Counted from the stretch's first letter, positions 20,201 to 29,838 are shown. The stretch is DNA of 64,000 bases from an uncultured Clostridia bacterium (GCA_944332315.1 CALVJT010000038.1:2024-66023), one strand, 5' to 3'. The notes: generated by a model from the sequence alone, not told the origin. Program-made: numbers and translations.

Positions 20201-23200
20201 AGGGGTGATGATGGGTATGTGTTTAACGGGTACTTATATGTATCTACATTAATTAGGTCTGATATGCCTGAGGATTTACCTTTTGTAATAAATATTGTGG
20301 CATATAAAGATGGGCAGGCAGTTTATAGCTATTCAAAAACACTGCTAACGCAGTTTAGCCCTAAAGTGACAATAGATTATAATGCAAACTATAATAGTCA
20401 GTATGCGCGCGGAACCACAATAAATGTACCGCTTTCGGTAACCACAATGGCAGGTACATTGACGCTTACTGTCGAAAATAATGATAGTTCTCAGACTATA
20501 ACATTTGTGGCAAATCGTGATACTTTTACTGGCCGATATGTTGGAACAATTACTGCGCAATTGGCATCTAGCATAAATCTTTTGCCGGGCTCTACATTTA
20601 CAATAAGGGCACAACTAGATACAGTTGTAGATAATGTAAGAATGGTTGTTACAGATGAGCTTGTTTTGACTGTAGTTGACTACATTATCCTTGGCGTTGC
20701 AATAGATGGGTACTACACGCAAGGTTCATCTAATATGCTTGATATCAATCTCAACACAGCAACCGCTTTAAGGGCGCGCATTATTGGGTTGTATGCTACG
20801 CGACCAGATAATATTTCTGCAGATTCCATCGAGGCTCAGCCTTATCAAGATATTCTTGACGAGATAGAGGAATTTGAAAATATAATTTCAAGGCAACACG
20901 ACCAATCGGCGGGTGATGTGCCAGTTTGGTACACATCTGAGCAGACATTTGATTCTGCTAGTGGCTCAACTGGCTACTACAATTATGTGTACTCGACATC
21001 AAATGGTGGATACTATTCGGTTTATGGTACGCGTGTAAGCACGGTCGACCGCATAACACTCAATGTTTCGTACTACTACGATATGATAGATGGCAGATAT
21101 CAGCCTACGCTGATAAACATTGCAACCGACCCAACAGGTGGTAAAACAATCTATTCAAAGAGTATGACTTGTGTTGTAAATGTGGAAAACGATACAACTG
21201 AGGAAGTGCCTCTGCCAATCTATTCGCAAGCTGAATTCGAAGCTATGCAGGAGGGAGCGCACTACATATTAATGAATGACCTTGTGCTAGATACCTATAC
21301 GCCTATGGAAGCAACATTCGCTTCGCTTGATGGTAACGGCTTTATAATAACGATTAGTAGTTTTGTTATAGATACCTCTCAAAGCACCATAAATGTAGGA
21401 CTCTTTGCCTCGGTATCAACTTCTACATTAATAAAAAATGTAGTATTGAATGTTAATCCTATACTTAACAACACACTAAATTTGACGGGCGCAATGCAAG
21501 TAAATGTTGGTTTATTTACAGCCAATAACGCAGGTTCTATTACAAACTGCGAAGTTGTGAATATTGTGGAACTTGGTACATATAATGGCGATGTTTTGGA
21601 AGTTACAGGCAACACTCAAAACACAACATTAGCAATACAAACAAGTACAATTATAAGTTCATCATACACAACAAACTATATAGCGCTGTTCGCAGGGCAA
21701 AATTCTGGCTACATAACAAACTCTAGAGTGGGTAGAGATAGTGGCAACATAGGCTCTCGCTCGTATACAGCGGTTGAAGGTGGCAATTACTGGATTGGTG
21801 GAACAATAGATTTGACATCTAATGGCATTGTAGCAGGTTTTGTTGCAGTAAACTCTAATACCATAAGTTCAAGTTATGCAAAAAATATTAGCATAAATAA
21901 TAATACAGTAATAGCAAGTGTAAGTTCTACAGCAGGCTTTGTAGCTATGAATGGTGGCACCATTTCGGGCAGTTATGCCGAAGGTAGATCTTATGCCGAA
22001 GGGACAATTGACTACGCTAACCTAAAATCGCAGGGTAATGTAGCGGGTTTTGTACAACAAAACGATGGGCAAGTTAACAACAGCTATTCCTCGTTTGTAA
22101 TCCGTAGCCCTAGCAATTCTGCTGGATTTGTGGGTGTTAATAGCGAGGATGCAACTATTGAATATAGCTACACATCAAGTTCTGTGTTGGTTGCAGATGG
22201 CGAGGTAGATGACAATGCTTCCTTCCGACCATTTACTGGCGTTAACAACTTTAATGAAATACAAAATGAAGGCGAAATATCCTATTCCTACTACATCAAG
22301 GATGCAACTACCGTTGTATTTGCCGATGAGCCAGCAATTGCAATAAATAGGGATGCTCAATCTCAAATGAGCGAGTATGTAGGGTTTGCTTTTGTCGAAA
22401 ATTCTAAATTAAAGCCGTATGGAATATGGTCGCTGGAGGATGGCAATACATTGCCTCAGCTAAACACAGCTAATCAAATAGCAATTTCTCAACGCGAGCT
22501 TGCAAGCAATCTTGATGCTACAAGTCAGGAGGAATCTCTAAGTGACCCTCTTGTATACACCTATGTTATAGGGTATGAGTACGGATCAGAGATTAACCCT
22601 TATATCATAAACACTGCTGTCAAGTTCAATAACTATCTTATTAACGAATCTCAAGCCGAAACTCAAAATGGCAAACAAATAAATAGGTTTGGTTCTAATA
22701 TCGTCAATATTCAAGAAACTGCAGAAAGTACAATGGCTACAACAAAGTATATGCGCGTTGTAAACGATTTGAATTTTGCACAAACGTCCGAAACTGCCAC
22801 AAGTTTGTATTCTAGTAGAGTTACATTTAGTGCAATTTTAGAAGGCAACAATATGCTACTATATAACCTTACAATATCAGGCGAAGAGGGCGCAGATTCC
22901 AACCAGCTAGAGTTTGGGTTATTTGAGCGCTTAGAAGGCGCAGTTGTAAAGAATTTAAGATTGCAATTTAACTCTGTTTCGGCAACCGAAATACCTGTGG
23001 TTGGCTCTTTGGCAGGCTCTGCAGTTGACTCAGTAATACTGGGTATCAGTGTTGAATCCGAAGGCAACTTTGTGCAAGGTAAAAACATAGTTGGTGGATT
23101 GGTAGGCGTTGTTGTAGGTGATAGCGAAATACAATCTGTTTCCAGCAATATTGGAGTACGCGCTACTTATCGTAGGGGCTCTACTTCGCAAGCATACACA

Positions 23201-26200
23201 GATGTAAGTTTTATTGTTGGAGTAGGAAATGATGGGCAGGTTGACGATTTAATATACACTACCGTAAAGAATAATATAGAATTAATCTATAATGGCACTT
23301 CATACGCAGGAGGCATCATTGGTGCCGATATAATGGTTGATGGCGATGCTCAGCGCGTAAGAACTTTGCAAGTGCAAGGCGCCGTATCAATAGGTGCAGA
23401 GCGCACGGGCGGTGTAGTAGGTGTTAACTATGGCAACCTCTACGACCTAAACTTTACTGTAAACATTAGCACGGATACTAACAACAATCAAGAACTATCT
23501 GGTGATGATGTTGTCGGCGGTATAGTAGGCGTAAACTACAATAGAGTAGATAAAGCGCGCATCAGCTACGAGGGAGATAACCTTACGCTTGTCGATGAAT
23601 TAGCCGAAGGCGTCAGCGGGGGTAAAACAAATCTATTTATAGGTTCAAGCAACTATATAGGTGGGCTTGTTGGCTCCAATATTGGTGGTAGCATTGTAGA
23701 TTCGTATTCCAGAATCAATGTAGTAAATACAAACGCAAGCTATGCAGGGGGAGTAGTTGGCTATTCGCAGGGGGGATCATATGATACCATCTACACAACA
23801 GGCAATGTACAATCAAGCGTGGCATTTGGTGGAATGTTTGGTTATATGGATGAATATATTGTGCCTATAAACGATGATGGCACTGAAACCGCTACCGAAG
23901 TTATCGACCAATTCCGCAATATTGTGCTAGCAAACAACTACACACTTGCAACAGCGCAAGTAGTAAATAGGGGCACAGCAGTAGCGGGCGCACTCGCAGG
24001 ATTTGCAAATGTAGCTGATATATCGCAATTATTTACATACATCGGCTCAAGCATGAGCAACTACGCAAATTACAGAATGCCTTTGAACACATCTGGTACA
24101 TCTTATGTAGATTTGCAGTTCTTTGGTTCGGCTCAATTTAATAGGTTGGAAATCGATGAAGAGGAGTACAATTTAAGACTAAGCAACTTAAACAACTTTG
24201 TATCAACCATAGATGGCGATAACCTAGAATATGGCTACTTTGACACCAAAACCGGTGATTTTGCTACAGCAAGTTATAATACTTTGTTCAGAAATAGAAC
24301 TACAATATTCGAACAATATAGCACCGAAGATTGGACAAAAGATGCAACAGTATTCCCAATGCTAAACATAACAACGCAGGCAACGGAAATCATAATAACC
24401 GAGGATACTCGTGAAAACTTATTGTTGTATTTAGCCGAAAATCCTAACGCAACCTTTATAATTCGTTGCGATATAAACCTTTATAGTCCTGCAAATGGAG
24501 GTGCTAATAATCCAGGCCATTTGGCAGATAATTGGACTAGTCTTGGAAGTCAAGCAATACCGTTTAGCGGAACATTCCAGGGTGAAAGGATTACGCTAGA
24601 GGATGGGTCTACACGATATCCAATAATCAATTTAATGAATCCATTTATTAACTACGCAAGCAATGCAACCGTATCAAACCTTACATTTAATATAATAACT
24701 ACATTTGATGGAAACATCACTGCTGATATGGGTACAAATGATAATTTTTACTATGGTATTGTGGCAAATCATTCCGAAAGTAGTTCATTTTCGAACCTAA
24801 CTATAACTAATTCGGCAGTTGATGCGTACTCAACAATGGGTATCAATATAACCTATAATAGAGATTATAGTGGTGATGGTGCTACAGTAAACAACTATAT
24901 AGGCGGAGTTATAGGGTATGATAGGAACAGTACAGTATCTAATGTAAATTGTTCTGTTCCAATACAAGTAACTGCACAAACAAGCAGTACAGCGCAAACA
25001 TATATAACAACTTATGTTGGTGGTATAGTAGGATATTCAATAGGTTCATCTATTGCAAATTCAAGATTTGTTGTTAAGTATGATAGCTATTCTAATGGTA
25101 GAGTTTATCAGCCGTTTATGGTAAGCACATCAAATGGCTATGTGGGTGGTATTGTAGGCTATGCAAACCCAGCGCGTATTGCATCAAACTATGTTGAGGA
25201 ATCTATGGTTCGCGAACAGCTTGGCAATACAGTTCCAGAGGATTCTGCAACATATCCATTAATTGTAAACAGTAGAACATCTAGGGCATCTGTAACAACC
25301 AACGTGCGTGTAGGTGGTTTGGTAGGGCACATATCATCCTCTGTAGTAAGCGATTCGCAAAATAATTTGAGCAGTATAAATTTAGTAATGAATTCTACAT
25401 ATGTAAAAAATGTAGTTGCGGGCGGACTTGCAGGCATTGTAATGAGCACAGATTTTAGTAATGTAATAAACACAGCAGATTTATTAATTACCAATGCAAA
25501 TTCTATAACCGATAATACTGTTAGCGAAATACAAATTGGTGGACTAATTGGTAGAGCAAGTGGAATTGCTCAAATTTCTGGCAGTAATTATGGCGATATT
25601 AATATAGAGATAGACCAAATGACTGCAACTACAGGGTATGTTGGTGGTGTTGTTGGGTATGTAGAGCTTAATGCATCCAACAGTATACAAATAAATAGAG
25701 CACGCAACTCAGCCGATATAAATTCAAAAGGTCTTTATACAGCAAACATAGGTGGCGTGCTTGGTAGGGCTTCACTATCATCAACAATAAACAATCAGTC
25801 AACTATTGCAATAAGTCAATCGTATAATGATGGTGATATCATAGTTATAGGACCTACATTTACAAATGCTCAAGGGCAATCGTACACGCGTTCAACTATT
25901 GAGTATGTGGGCGGGCTTATAGGTTATGCAAGCAGATTGAGCGTAAATAACAGCTATAGTGTGGGCGTTATTGAAAGTATAACCGATACAAATCAGGCGC
26001 CAACTACAAGCACAATAGGCGTAAGCATAGGTGGCTTTATTGGTAGGCTAGAACAAGCAAACATCGCTCCTCAAATAACTAATAGCTATTCTGCTACTAT
26101 AGTTAGAGTTTACGGAGATAGTTTGACCAATAGTATAAACAGTCATGGATTTATCGGTAGTACATCGCTATCCACAACATACACATCTGCATACTATGTT

Positions 26201-28612
26201 TTGGGCTTTGCGCAAACTAACTCACCTGAATCTACGCAAATCACGGCTAGTATGCACGATGCTACAGCAAGGGCAATTTCTTACTATTCTATACTCAATT
26301 CTAGTACATTTACTGGCTTCAGCAACACAGTATGGACTTTCGAAAATGGCAATACACTGCCAATATTAAGTTGGGCAAGTACAAGTATGGGCAACAGTAA
26401 TGCACAGGGTTCAGTATATAGGCCAAACTTGATTTCTAATGCTACCCAGTTAAGCGAATTTACAGCAAATACAGGCACAAGCCTCAATCAGTACTATGTA
26501 TTAACAGGTACAATTACGCTTGATACACAAGTAAGTACCCGAGATGCATTTGCTGGTGTATTTGATGGCTCAGGTTTCGTTATAATAGGACAAAATACCC
26601 CATTATTTAATACCCTGAGCACCACCGCATTAGTAAATAATGTGAACTTGCAAGATGTATCTTATAGTTTAACAAGTGCAGGCAATTACGGCGGATTAGC
26701 AAACATAAATAATGGAACTATTAGTTATGTTTCTACAAATGGAGATATAACATTTAATAGCCCAGATGTTGCAGGCACTACTGATAATATAACCAACATT
26801 GGCGGTATAGTAGGGGCAAACTATGGCTACATAGGCTTTAGTTCAAGCAATGTTGCAATAACTCAATCGGATAACGCCATTGCAAGCCTTATAAATGTAG
26901 GTGGCATAGCAGGAACAATGGACAATATCGATGGTCAATTATTTGCGCAAATTTCAAACACTTTTGCAAGTGCCACGCTAACGCTAAGCCAAAATACTGG
27001 TACAAACGCTAGTTATCTTGGCGGAATAGTGGGCAATTTGTTAGAGGGTAATTTGAGTGAATGCTATGCGTATGGTCGCATCAATCACTTGAACGACAAT
27101 GATAGAGTAGCATATGGTGCAATTTATGGTGGCGATAATGTAAATAACACAAGCCAAACTATATTAGATAATGTAACAATCCGCAATGTGTATAACGATT
27201 ATCTTGGTACGCTCGTGCGTTCTAAAACAGTGCCAACGGGGCAAACGGTAACTGATATAACACTAGCAGAAATTCTAGAAAGCGGTTTAGGTGGCTTTGA
27301 CCCTAATGTTTGGAATGCGTTCTCCGATGATTACGCTTCCGCAATGCAAAATAACAGTCGGGCAACATTGCTAAACTATGGATATCCATATTTGGAATAT
27401 GCCAACAACGATGTAGTTCAAATTGCTAGCCAAGGCGATGGCTATACAAGTGCATCCCCATATCTAATAACAAATCAAAGTGGATTTGAACTTATAAACT
27501 ATCTTAATAGCGAAGGAATAAGCAATAGTTATAAACCTTACTTTGCTCTTAACAAGGATATTTATTGCTATACACCTGCTTCTAACGAAACCGATGTACC
27601 AATGAATATTGATACACTAAACGGCATACTTGACGGCTCTTATAGAACTATTTATAATGCGTATGTTTTAGTAAATAACGATAATTTTGGTTTTATTAAT
27701 ACTATAACCGCAAGTAGTGGCAGGAACAGTGCAAGTTCGCTACAAAATGTCAACTTTGAGGGTGTTACAGTTAAAATTGCAGATAATTTTTCAAGTATGA
27801 CAGGCGTAGGTTCTATTGTAGGCACAAATAATGGCAATATATCGTCTGTAAATATCAGTAATGTCGTAATAACATACGAAAATTGCGCGGTAAGTTCCGG
27901 TGCTACTGGGGAAGTATTGTCTATCGGTGGAGTAGTTGGAGTTAATAGTGGAGCTATTACAAATACAAATATTGTAAATGTAGATTTTAGATTAGGCAAC
28001 ACTAAAACAATGTCTCTCTACACAAATCTAGGTGGATTTGTAGGGCTGATGAGTGGTGGCTCTATAGGTGGAACAACTGTAACCGAAAACAATGTAAATT
28101 GTTCGGTCGAAAATATCACTATTCGTGCTACAAGTACTGGTGGCAATATCCATACAAGTGCGTATCGCAACATAGGTGGCTTTGTTGGATATAAGCGTGC
28201 AGGCAATTCTACAATCTATAATTGTGCTGTGCGTGATACCAATTTCTCTGGTACGGATACAGTAAACACATTTAATATTCTTGCCGATTATACAACTACT
28301 TCTACAAATATCAATGATAAAGTATTTATAGGTGGTTTTGTTGGATATTCGCAAGAGGAAAATATTGCTCGCTTCCGCAATAACATAACATATACACACA
28401 TAAATATCAATGTAAATACAAATTCTGCCGATACCTATGTAGGTGGTATAGCAGGTATGGCACAATCGGTATTCAATGATACAACCGTGTTTGTATATAT
28501 AAATAGTCTAGGCAGTTCCCTAAATCTCCACAAAGCAATTGATGGTTTTACAAACGGAACAGTTGATAGATTTGGAACGACAACAATAGTAAATAATAGT
28601 GTTTATCAATAA
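14258..28612 (+). CDS. Giant (4784 aa) cell-surface lipoprotein with N-terminal Ig-like (Big_2-type) domains and six GLUG-motif beta-helix modules
   Basis: - It is a single uninterrupted ORF.
- The signal peptide has a lipobox (FLFTAC|NDD).
- Big_2-like segments occur, for example AVAPGETEITVMSEEGG.
- At least 45 copies of the G-G-[ILVF]-[VIA]-G (GLUG) motif are present.
- Module caps recur as NPY.I....F N-caps and W.F......P.L C-caps.
- There is no C-terminal sorting signal. Confidence 0.9.
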   Translation: MNKLLWLCIFIISAGFLFTACNDDPYKNMRLIVEQSSIEIVLNHDADSGNTDEDVGDGEEPEVPANTAYLQAHIENNKDNQSDVVLFDIVDKSLATISVTQSDGVYTAEIVAVAPGETEITVMSEEGGRIQRVPLRIVEPITGLAFDPDFSLAVAVGQTYQFTNANLNYEPALTNQKDVVYSMATPVQGVSITESGLLQVASQPTESYITIVATSVANPELATTTQVYIYNALQDDQIHLFYGSTEIVDNLSIGKNTNFNNIVVDIVIDDATEQYIAYAVVNDASVIRAERVSNENLSFKITGIEQSQAQITFRIGIVGVTEQIYIEKILSVQIYDLIDTIYVNGASEQSTVTVFDTYANTSDTIYGTRVLIEVTPTNSQSKYITFTADTDSLANLSMLEFYTASGQVIPDITAYEMTNNGVIYVRPRTDIDFSEFSCRLTVVANSNFADDARVYNEITINAKNGITDMAFSESEKYIDLANSEYQEFEYIVNGYTVTDSNIATILSGYDLDDLSILVQRPNVLSAVLIDGKLYIRPLSTGTTTLTLRAPNGISTEPATITVVEPTNSVVVDVDSNAYRSYIASVERDENNKLVGINANVDSTFSLYLAKSSANGTVWDVTYNSSVTSVATVTSQGTIRGLSAGTTLITVNYSYARFDELTEQIVVVNAEQEIELFVFLPITEFNIGRSTATIYDVNTIGYYDAGLYSTVDFNVIMNDAYIERSAIRMYINNEAFDIENSSNTYKIIGQNGILFYYGEGRATFLAKIGSDINTATVGIVAEVHEFDRTYRSICNITINRATTVNEIVLYNTNTQIVDGTTYNTLYFRAGLGLGVDTDNTQQIRVSTTPVSAVNSGVYYFAYDYKEDNNISSSTQESQIISVSQDGVVTPLRAGSAKVVVVPRDALHNYDLNSDGTLSMSELLLNLQQLQLQGSTLRYKEIIVNVADGTLENPYQISSAVDFLNIATGLDDHYELVQTIDLSRVDLSALGNSETPFTGSINGRFYLENPSEENPNGVYIDSRILGVKLNRTISSATSDVSFGLFGVVKSSVNFESVIASLIPSFRNLYIEFTEYNVDIQGTYSGLTFNLGMLAGQFEGAIDNVQLVMRNPATISNSSQASINFGGFAGVVNQSTYELVNQDGQPEQYHLSSYISNSKLIGGGSITIDNILGDSYIGGFVGVLNQNSSIQGQYAFVNDTVGENNNFVFSFNGQDNDLVFDVNVVVNSAPTLMGVGGIVGRNYGTVQNVAVFGKVSVLNSQNVEQGRNIGGVVGYNSGQISDVFSRSAVIGGNNVGGIVGFNASSISVAIFESYQDGSSYVRGRESVGGVVGLMQGGTLDYGSSTSFITSDGLYAITGYSAVGGLVGQTANGATISRSQASTKIGVYSNSNLTYKYAGGLVGLANSVNIQNAYSISNLYLLDQVSTFTLGGFIGRTQSGVTIANTYSVSNINNYVGSIQSAPTNNSSFYLNETSTSPSGSANARTSEQLKTLSNYPSPQWDFTITFRMSENVNNGYPYLIYSDSEFITVAPTSLSVIVNETVDNSYIKINDNRVVLFSQQENIENADNYVFSLNDLITLDVSPLTNRIVRVKATLEVGSDVVQIDGGNLIIIGEGYAKIRISSQLNEDVYDYLELYVVNGLNSFSDNTNGELNLLKGTSTEIKYTFENGYNVVGTNYGIAYKDLYTYASFNYSQDEILDDVEYAFVDYNFTKIITALDVVENAPIQQVAYVNANFDGEIIRVLLPWTEKEFVLNIYNGATDFVLDRQQSTIMPSQTASIEALITTDLSSEIVSNITIKNGDNIIENYSISVQTGFEPNVNTILITRESVGTQLFEVDLIAFNFDANTNQLSMTFEFTPTSNLHNINTQLQYDVSFNVQDKLEQDYTINLVPQSVERISALHFPDGNLREDEVATDRISSGVEGLLSINLYPSYSQVDYVDITALPVNGEQMTFVQRVLNNGQLERLYPEAQQIDNGIRLSLASYRGDDGYVFNGYLYVSTLIRSDMPEDLPFVINIVAYKDGQAVYSYSKTLLTQFSPKVTIDYNANYNSQYARGTTINVPLSVTTMAGTLTLTVENNDSSQTITFVANRDTFTGRYVGTITAQLASSINLLPGSTFTIRAQLDTVVDNVRMVVTDELVLTVVDYIILGVAIDGYYTQGSSNMLDINLNTATALRARIIGLYATRPDNISADSIEAQPYQDILDEIEEFENIISRQHDQSAGDVPVWYTSEQTFDSASGSTGYYNYVYSTSNGGYYSVYGTRVSTVDRITLNVSYYYDMIDGRYQPTLINIATDPTGGKTIYSKSMTCVVNVENDTTEEVPLPIYSQAEFEAMQEGAHYILMNDLVLDTYTPMEATFASLDGNGFIITISSFVIDTSQSTINVGLFASVSTSTLIKNVVLNVNPILNNTLNLTGAMQVNVGLFTANNAGSITNCEVVNIVELGTYNGDVLEVTGNTQNTTLAIQTSTIISSSYTTNYIALFAGQNSGYITNSRVGRDSGNIGSRSYTAVEGGNYWIGGTIDLTSNGIVAGFVAVNSNTISSSYAKNISINNNTVIASVSSTAGFVAMNGGTISGSYAEGRSYAEGTIDYANLKSQGNVAGFVQQNDGQVNNSYSSFVIRSPSNSAGFVGVNSEDATIEYSYTSSSVLVADGEVDDNASFRPFTGVNNFNEIQNEGEISYSYYIKDATTVVFADEPAIAINRDAQSQMSEYVGFAFVENSKLKPYGIWSLEDGNTLPQLNTANQIAISQRELASNLDATSQEESLSDPLVYTYVIGYEYGSEINPYIINTAVKFNNYLINESQAETQNGKQINRFGSNIVNIQETAESTMATTKYMRVVNDLNFAQTSETATSLYSSRVTFSAILEGNNMLLYNLTISGEEGADSNQLEFGLFERLEGAVVKNLRLQFNSVSATEIPVVGSLAGSAVDSVILGISVESEGNFVQGKNIVGGLVGVVVGDSEIQSVSSNIGVRATYRRGSTSQAYTDVSFIVGVGNDGQVDDLIYTTVKNNIELIYNGTSYAGGIIGADIMVDGDAQRVRTLQVQGAVSIGAERTGGVVGVNYGNLYDLNFTVNISTDTNNNQELSGDDVVGGIVGVNYNRVDKARISYEGDNLTLVDELAEGVSGGKTNLFIGSSNYIGGLVGSNIGGSIVDSYSRINVVNTNASYAGGVVGYSQGGSYDTIYTTGNVQSSVAFGGMFGYMDEYIVPINDDGTETATEVIDQFRNIVLANNYTLATAQVVNRGTAVAGALAGFANVADISQLFTYIGSSMSNYANYRMPLNTSGTSYVDLQFFGSAQFNRLEIDEEEYNLRLSNLNNFVSTIDGDNLEYGYFDTKTGDFATASYNTLFRNRTTIFEQYSTEDWTKDATVFPMLNITTQATEIIITEDTRENLLLYLAENPNATFIIRCDINLYSPANGGANNPGHLADNWTSLGSQAIPFSGTFQGERITLEDGSTRYPIINLMNPFINYASNATVSNLTFNIITTFDGNITADMGTNDNFYYGIVANHSESSSFSNLTITNSAVDAYSTMGINITYNRDYSGDGATVNNYIGGVIGYDRNSTVSNVNCSVPIQVTAQTSSTAQTYITTYVGGIVGYSIGSSIANSRFVVKYDSYSNGRVYQPFMVSTSNGYVGGIVGYANPARIASNYVEESMVREQLGNTVPEDSATYPLIVNSRTSRASVTTNVRVGGLVGHISSSVVSDSQNNLSSINLVMNSTYVKNVVAGGLAGIVMSTDFSNVINTADLLITNANSITDNTVSEIQIGGLIGRASGIAQISGSNYGDINIEIDQMTATTGYVGGVVGYVELNASNSIQINRARNSADINSKGLYTANIGGVLGRASLSSTINNQSTIAISQSYNDGDIIVIGPTFTNAQGQSYTRSTIEYVGGLIGYASRLSVNNSYSVGVIESITDTNQAPTTSTIGVSIGGFIGRLEQANIAPQITNSYSATIVRVYGDSLTNSINSHGFIGSTSLSTTYTSAYYVLGFAQTNSPESTQITASMHDATARAISYYSILNSSTFTGFSNTVWTFENGNTLPILSWASTSMGNSNAQGSVYRPNLISNATQLSEFTANTGTSLNQYYVLTGTITLDTQVSTRDAFAGVFDGSGFVIIGQNTPLFNTLSTTALVNNVNLQDVSYSLTSAGNYGGLANINNGTISYVSTNGDITFNSPDVAGTTDNITNIGGIVGANYGYIGFSSSNVAITQSDNAIASLINVGGIAGTMDNIDGQLFAQISNTFASATLTLSQNTGTNASYLGGIVGNLLEGNLSECYAYGRINHLNDNDRVAYGAIYGGDNVNNTSQTILDNVTIRNVYNDYLGTLVRSKTVPTGQTVTDITLAEILESGLGGFDPNVWNAFSDDYASAMQNNSRATLLNYGYPYLEYANNDVVQIASQGDGYTSASPYLITNQSGFELINYLNSEGISNSYKPYFALNKDIYCYTPASNETDVPMNIDTLNGILDGSYRTIYNAYVLVNNDNFGFINTITASSGRNSASSLQNVNFEGVTVKIADNFSSMTGVGSIVGTNNGNISSVNISNVVITYENCAVSSGATGEVLSIGGVVGVNSGAITNTNIVNVDFRLGNTKTMSLYTNLGGFVGLMSGGSIGGTTVTENNVNCSVENITIRATSTGGNIHTSAYRNIGGFVGYKRAGNSTIYNCAVRDTNFSGTDTVNTFNILADYTTTSTNINDKVFIGGFVGYSQEENIARFRNNITYTHININVNTNSADTYVGGIAGMAQSVFNDTTVFVYINSLGSSLNLHKAIDGFTNGTVDRFGTTTIVNNSVYQ

Positions 28613-28615
28613 AAG

Positions 28616-28644
28616 TATGTGGCTAGTTTGCCACATATTTTTTT
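28616..28644 (+). terminator. Intrinsic terminator of the giant gene
   Basis: TATGTGGC (28616-28623) pairs with GCCACATA (28630-28637), followed by TTTTTTT (28638-28644). Confidence 0.7.
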
Positions 28645-28687
28645 GTAACAAATGTAGCATTTTGCTTAAAATATGTAAGATTTTTAC

Positions 28688-28716
28688 TTGACAAAACAAT
28701 GTTATTATGGTAAAAT
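28688..28716 (+). promoter_or_regulatory. Sigma-A promoter of the str operon
   Basis: TTGACA (28688-28693), 17 nt spacer, TGgTAAAAT (28708-28716). A roughly 240 nt leader follows before rpsL. Confidence 0.55.
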
Positions 28717-28961
28717 AACCGCAGTCTATGACATCAAGGGTTATAGGCGCGTTTATTTTTTAGCGTTTGCAACCTATTTTTCATATTTAGCCTTGCGGGA
28801 AGTCGACCTATTGGGGGCTATAAAAAAATATGTAAGATGTCAAACAGTTTCGTAGTAAGCCTTTTTGGCTAAATTGCTATGCGCTGTTTAGGGCTAAAGC
28901 AACATCAAGGATAATATCCTAATATTGCTAAAATTTTAATAAGGATAGGAGGTCGTAGAAA

Positions 28962-29336
28962 ATGCCTACCATTAATCAATTGGTAAGAAAGGGACGCAAA
29001 AAGATAGAAAACAAATCAAAATCCCCGCTACTAGATAAATGTCCTCAAAAGCGTGGTATTTGCGTTGAAGTCAAAACAATTACGCCAAAGAAACCAAATT
29101 CCGCTATGCGTAAAGTTGCTAAAGTAAGACTCAGCAATAAGTCCGAAGCAACAGTATACATTCCGGGCATTGGGCATAACCTACAAGAGCACAGCGTGGT
29201 TTTGGTACGCGGTGGCAGAGTTAAAGACTTGATTGGTGTTCGTTATCACATCATCCGTGGCACACTAGATACCGCTGGTGTTGCAAAACGTAATCAATCA
29301 CGTTCAAAGTATGGCTCTAAAAAAGAAAATAAATAG
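28962..29336 (+). CDS. rpsL: 30S ribosomal protein S12
   Basis: [12 protein letters not shown]...[17 protein letters not shown]...[17 protein letters not shown] is an unmistakable S12 sequence. Confidence 0.98.
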   Translation: MPTINQLVRKGRKKIENKSKSPLLDKCPQKRGICVEVKTITPKKPNSAMRKVAKVRLSNKSEATVYIPGIGHNLQEHSVVLVRGGRVKDLIGVRYHIIRGTLDTAGVAKRNQSRSKYGSKKENK

Positions 29337-29364
29337 TTAATTTAGATTAAAAAGGAGATTAAAA

Positions 29365-29838
29365 ATGGCTAGAAGAAGCGGAGTACCTAAAAAAGATGTG
29401 CTTCCAGATCCAAAGTATAATTCAAAGGTTGTAACAAAACTTATCAACCAAGTTATGCTAGATGGCAAAAAGGGTATAGCACAAAATATAGTATACAATG
29501 CTTTCGACATTGCTAGTTCAAAATTAGGCGTACCACAAATGGATGCATTTAATCAAGCTCTTGAAAATGTGTCTCCTGTAGTGGAAACTAAGGCTAGGCG
29601 CATTGGCGGTGGCGCAAACTTCCAAGTACCTGTTGAGGTTACTAAAGATAGACGCCAAACACTTGCTATACGCTGGCTTGTAAACTTTTCAAGAAGACGC
29701 AGTGAACGCACAATGATCGAAAGATTGGCTGCCGAAATTGTCGATGCATATAATAACACCGGCGCTAGTATTAAGCGTAAAGAGGAAATGCACAGACAAG
29801 CAGAAGCAAACAAAGCATTCGCACATATGCGTTGGTAA
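29365..29838 (+). CDS. rpsG: 30S ribosomal protein S7
   Basis: The product is 157 aa with the S7 pattern [28 protein letters not shown] and sits in the canonical position after rpsL. Confidence 0.97.
   Translation: MARRSGVPKKDVLPDPKYNSKVVTKLINQVMLDGKKGIAQNIVYNAFDIASSKLGVPQMDAFNQALENVSPVVETKARRIGGGANFQVPVEVTKDRRQTLAIRWLVNFSRRRSERTMIERLAAEIVDAYNNTGASIKRKEEMHRQAEANKAFAHMRW

Noticed and set aside
14465-28465. Many ORFs of 60-145 aa lie antisense or out of frame inside the giant gene (for example 15781-16167, 22711-23148 and 28028-28465).
   Set aside because: All are fully nested in a 14.4 kb ORF that has coherent domain and repeat structure. They have no RBS context and low-complexity translations, so they are frame shadows.
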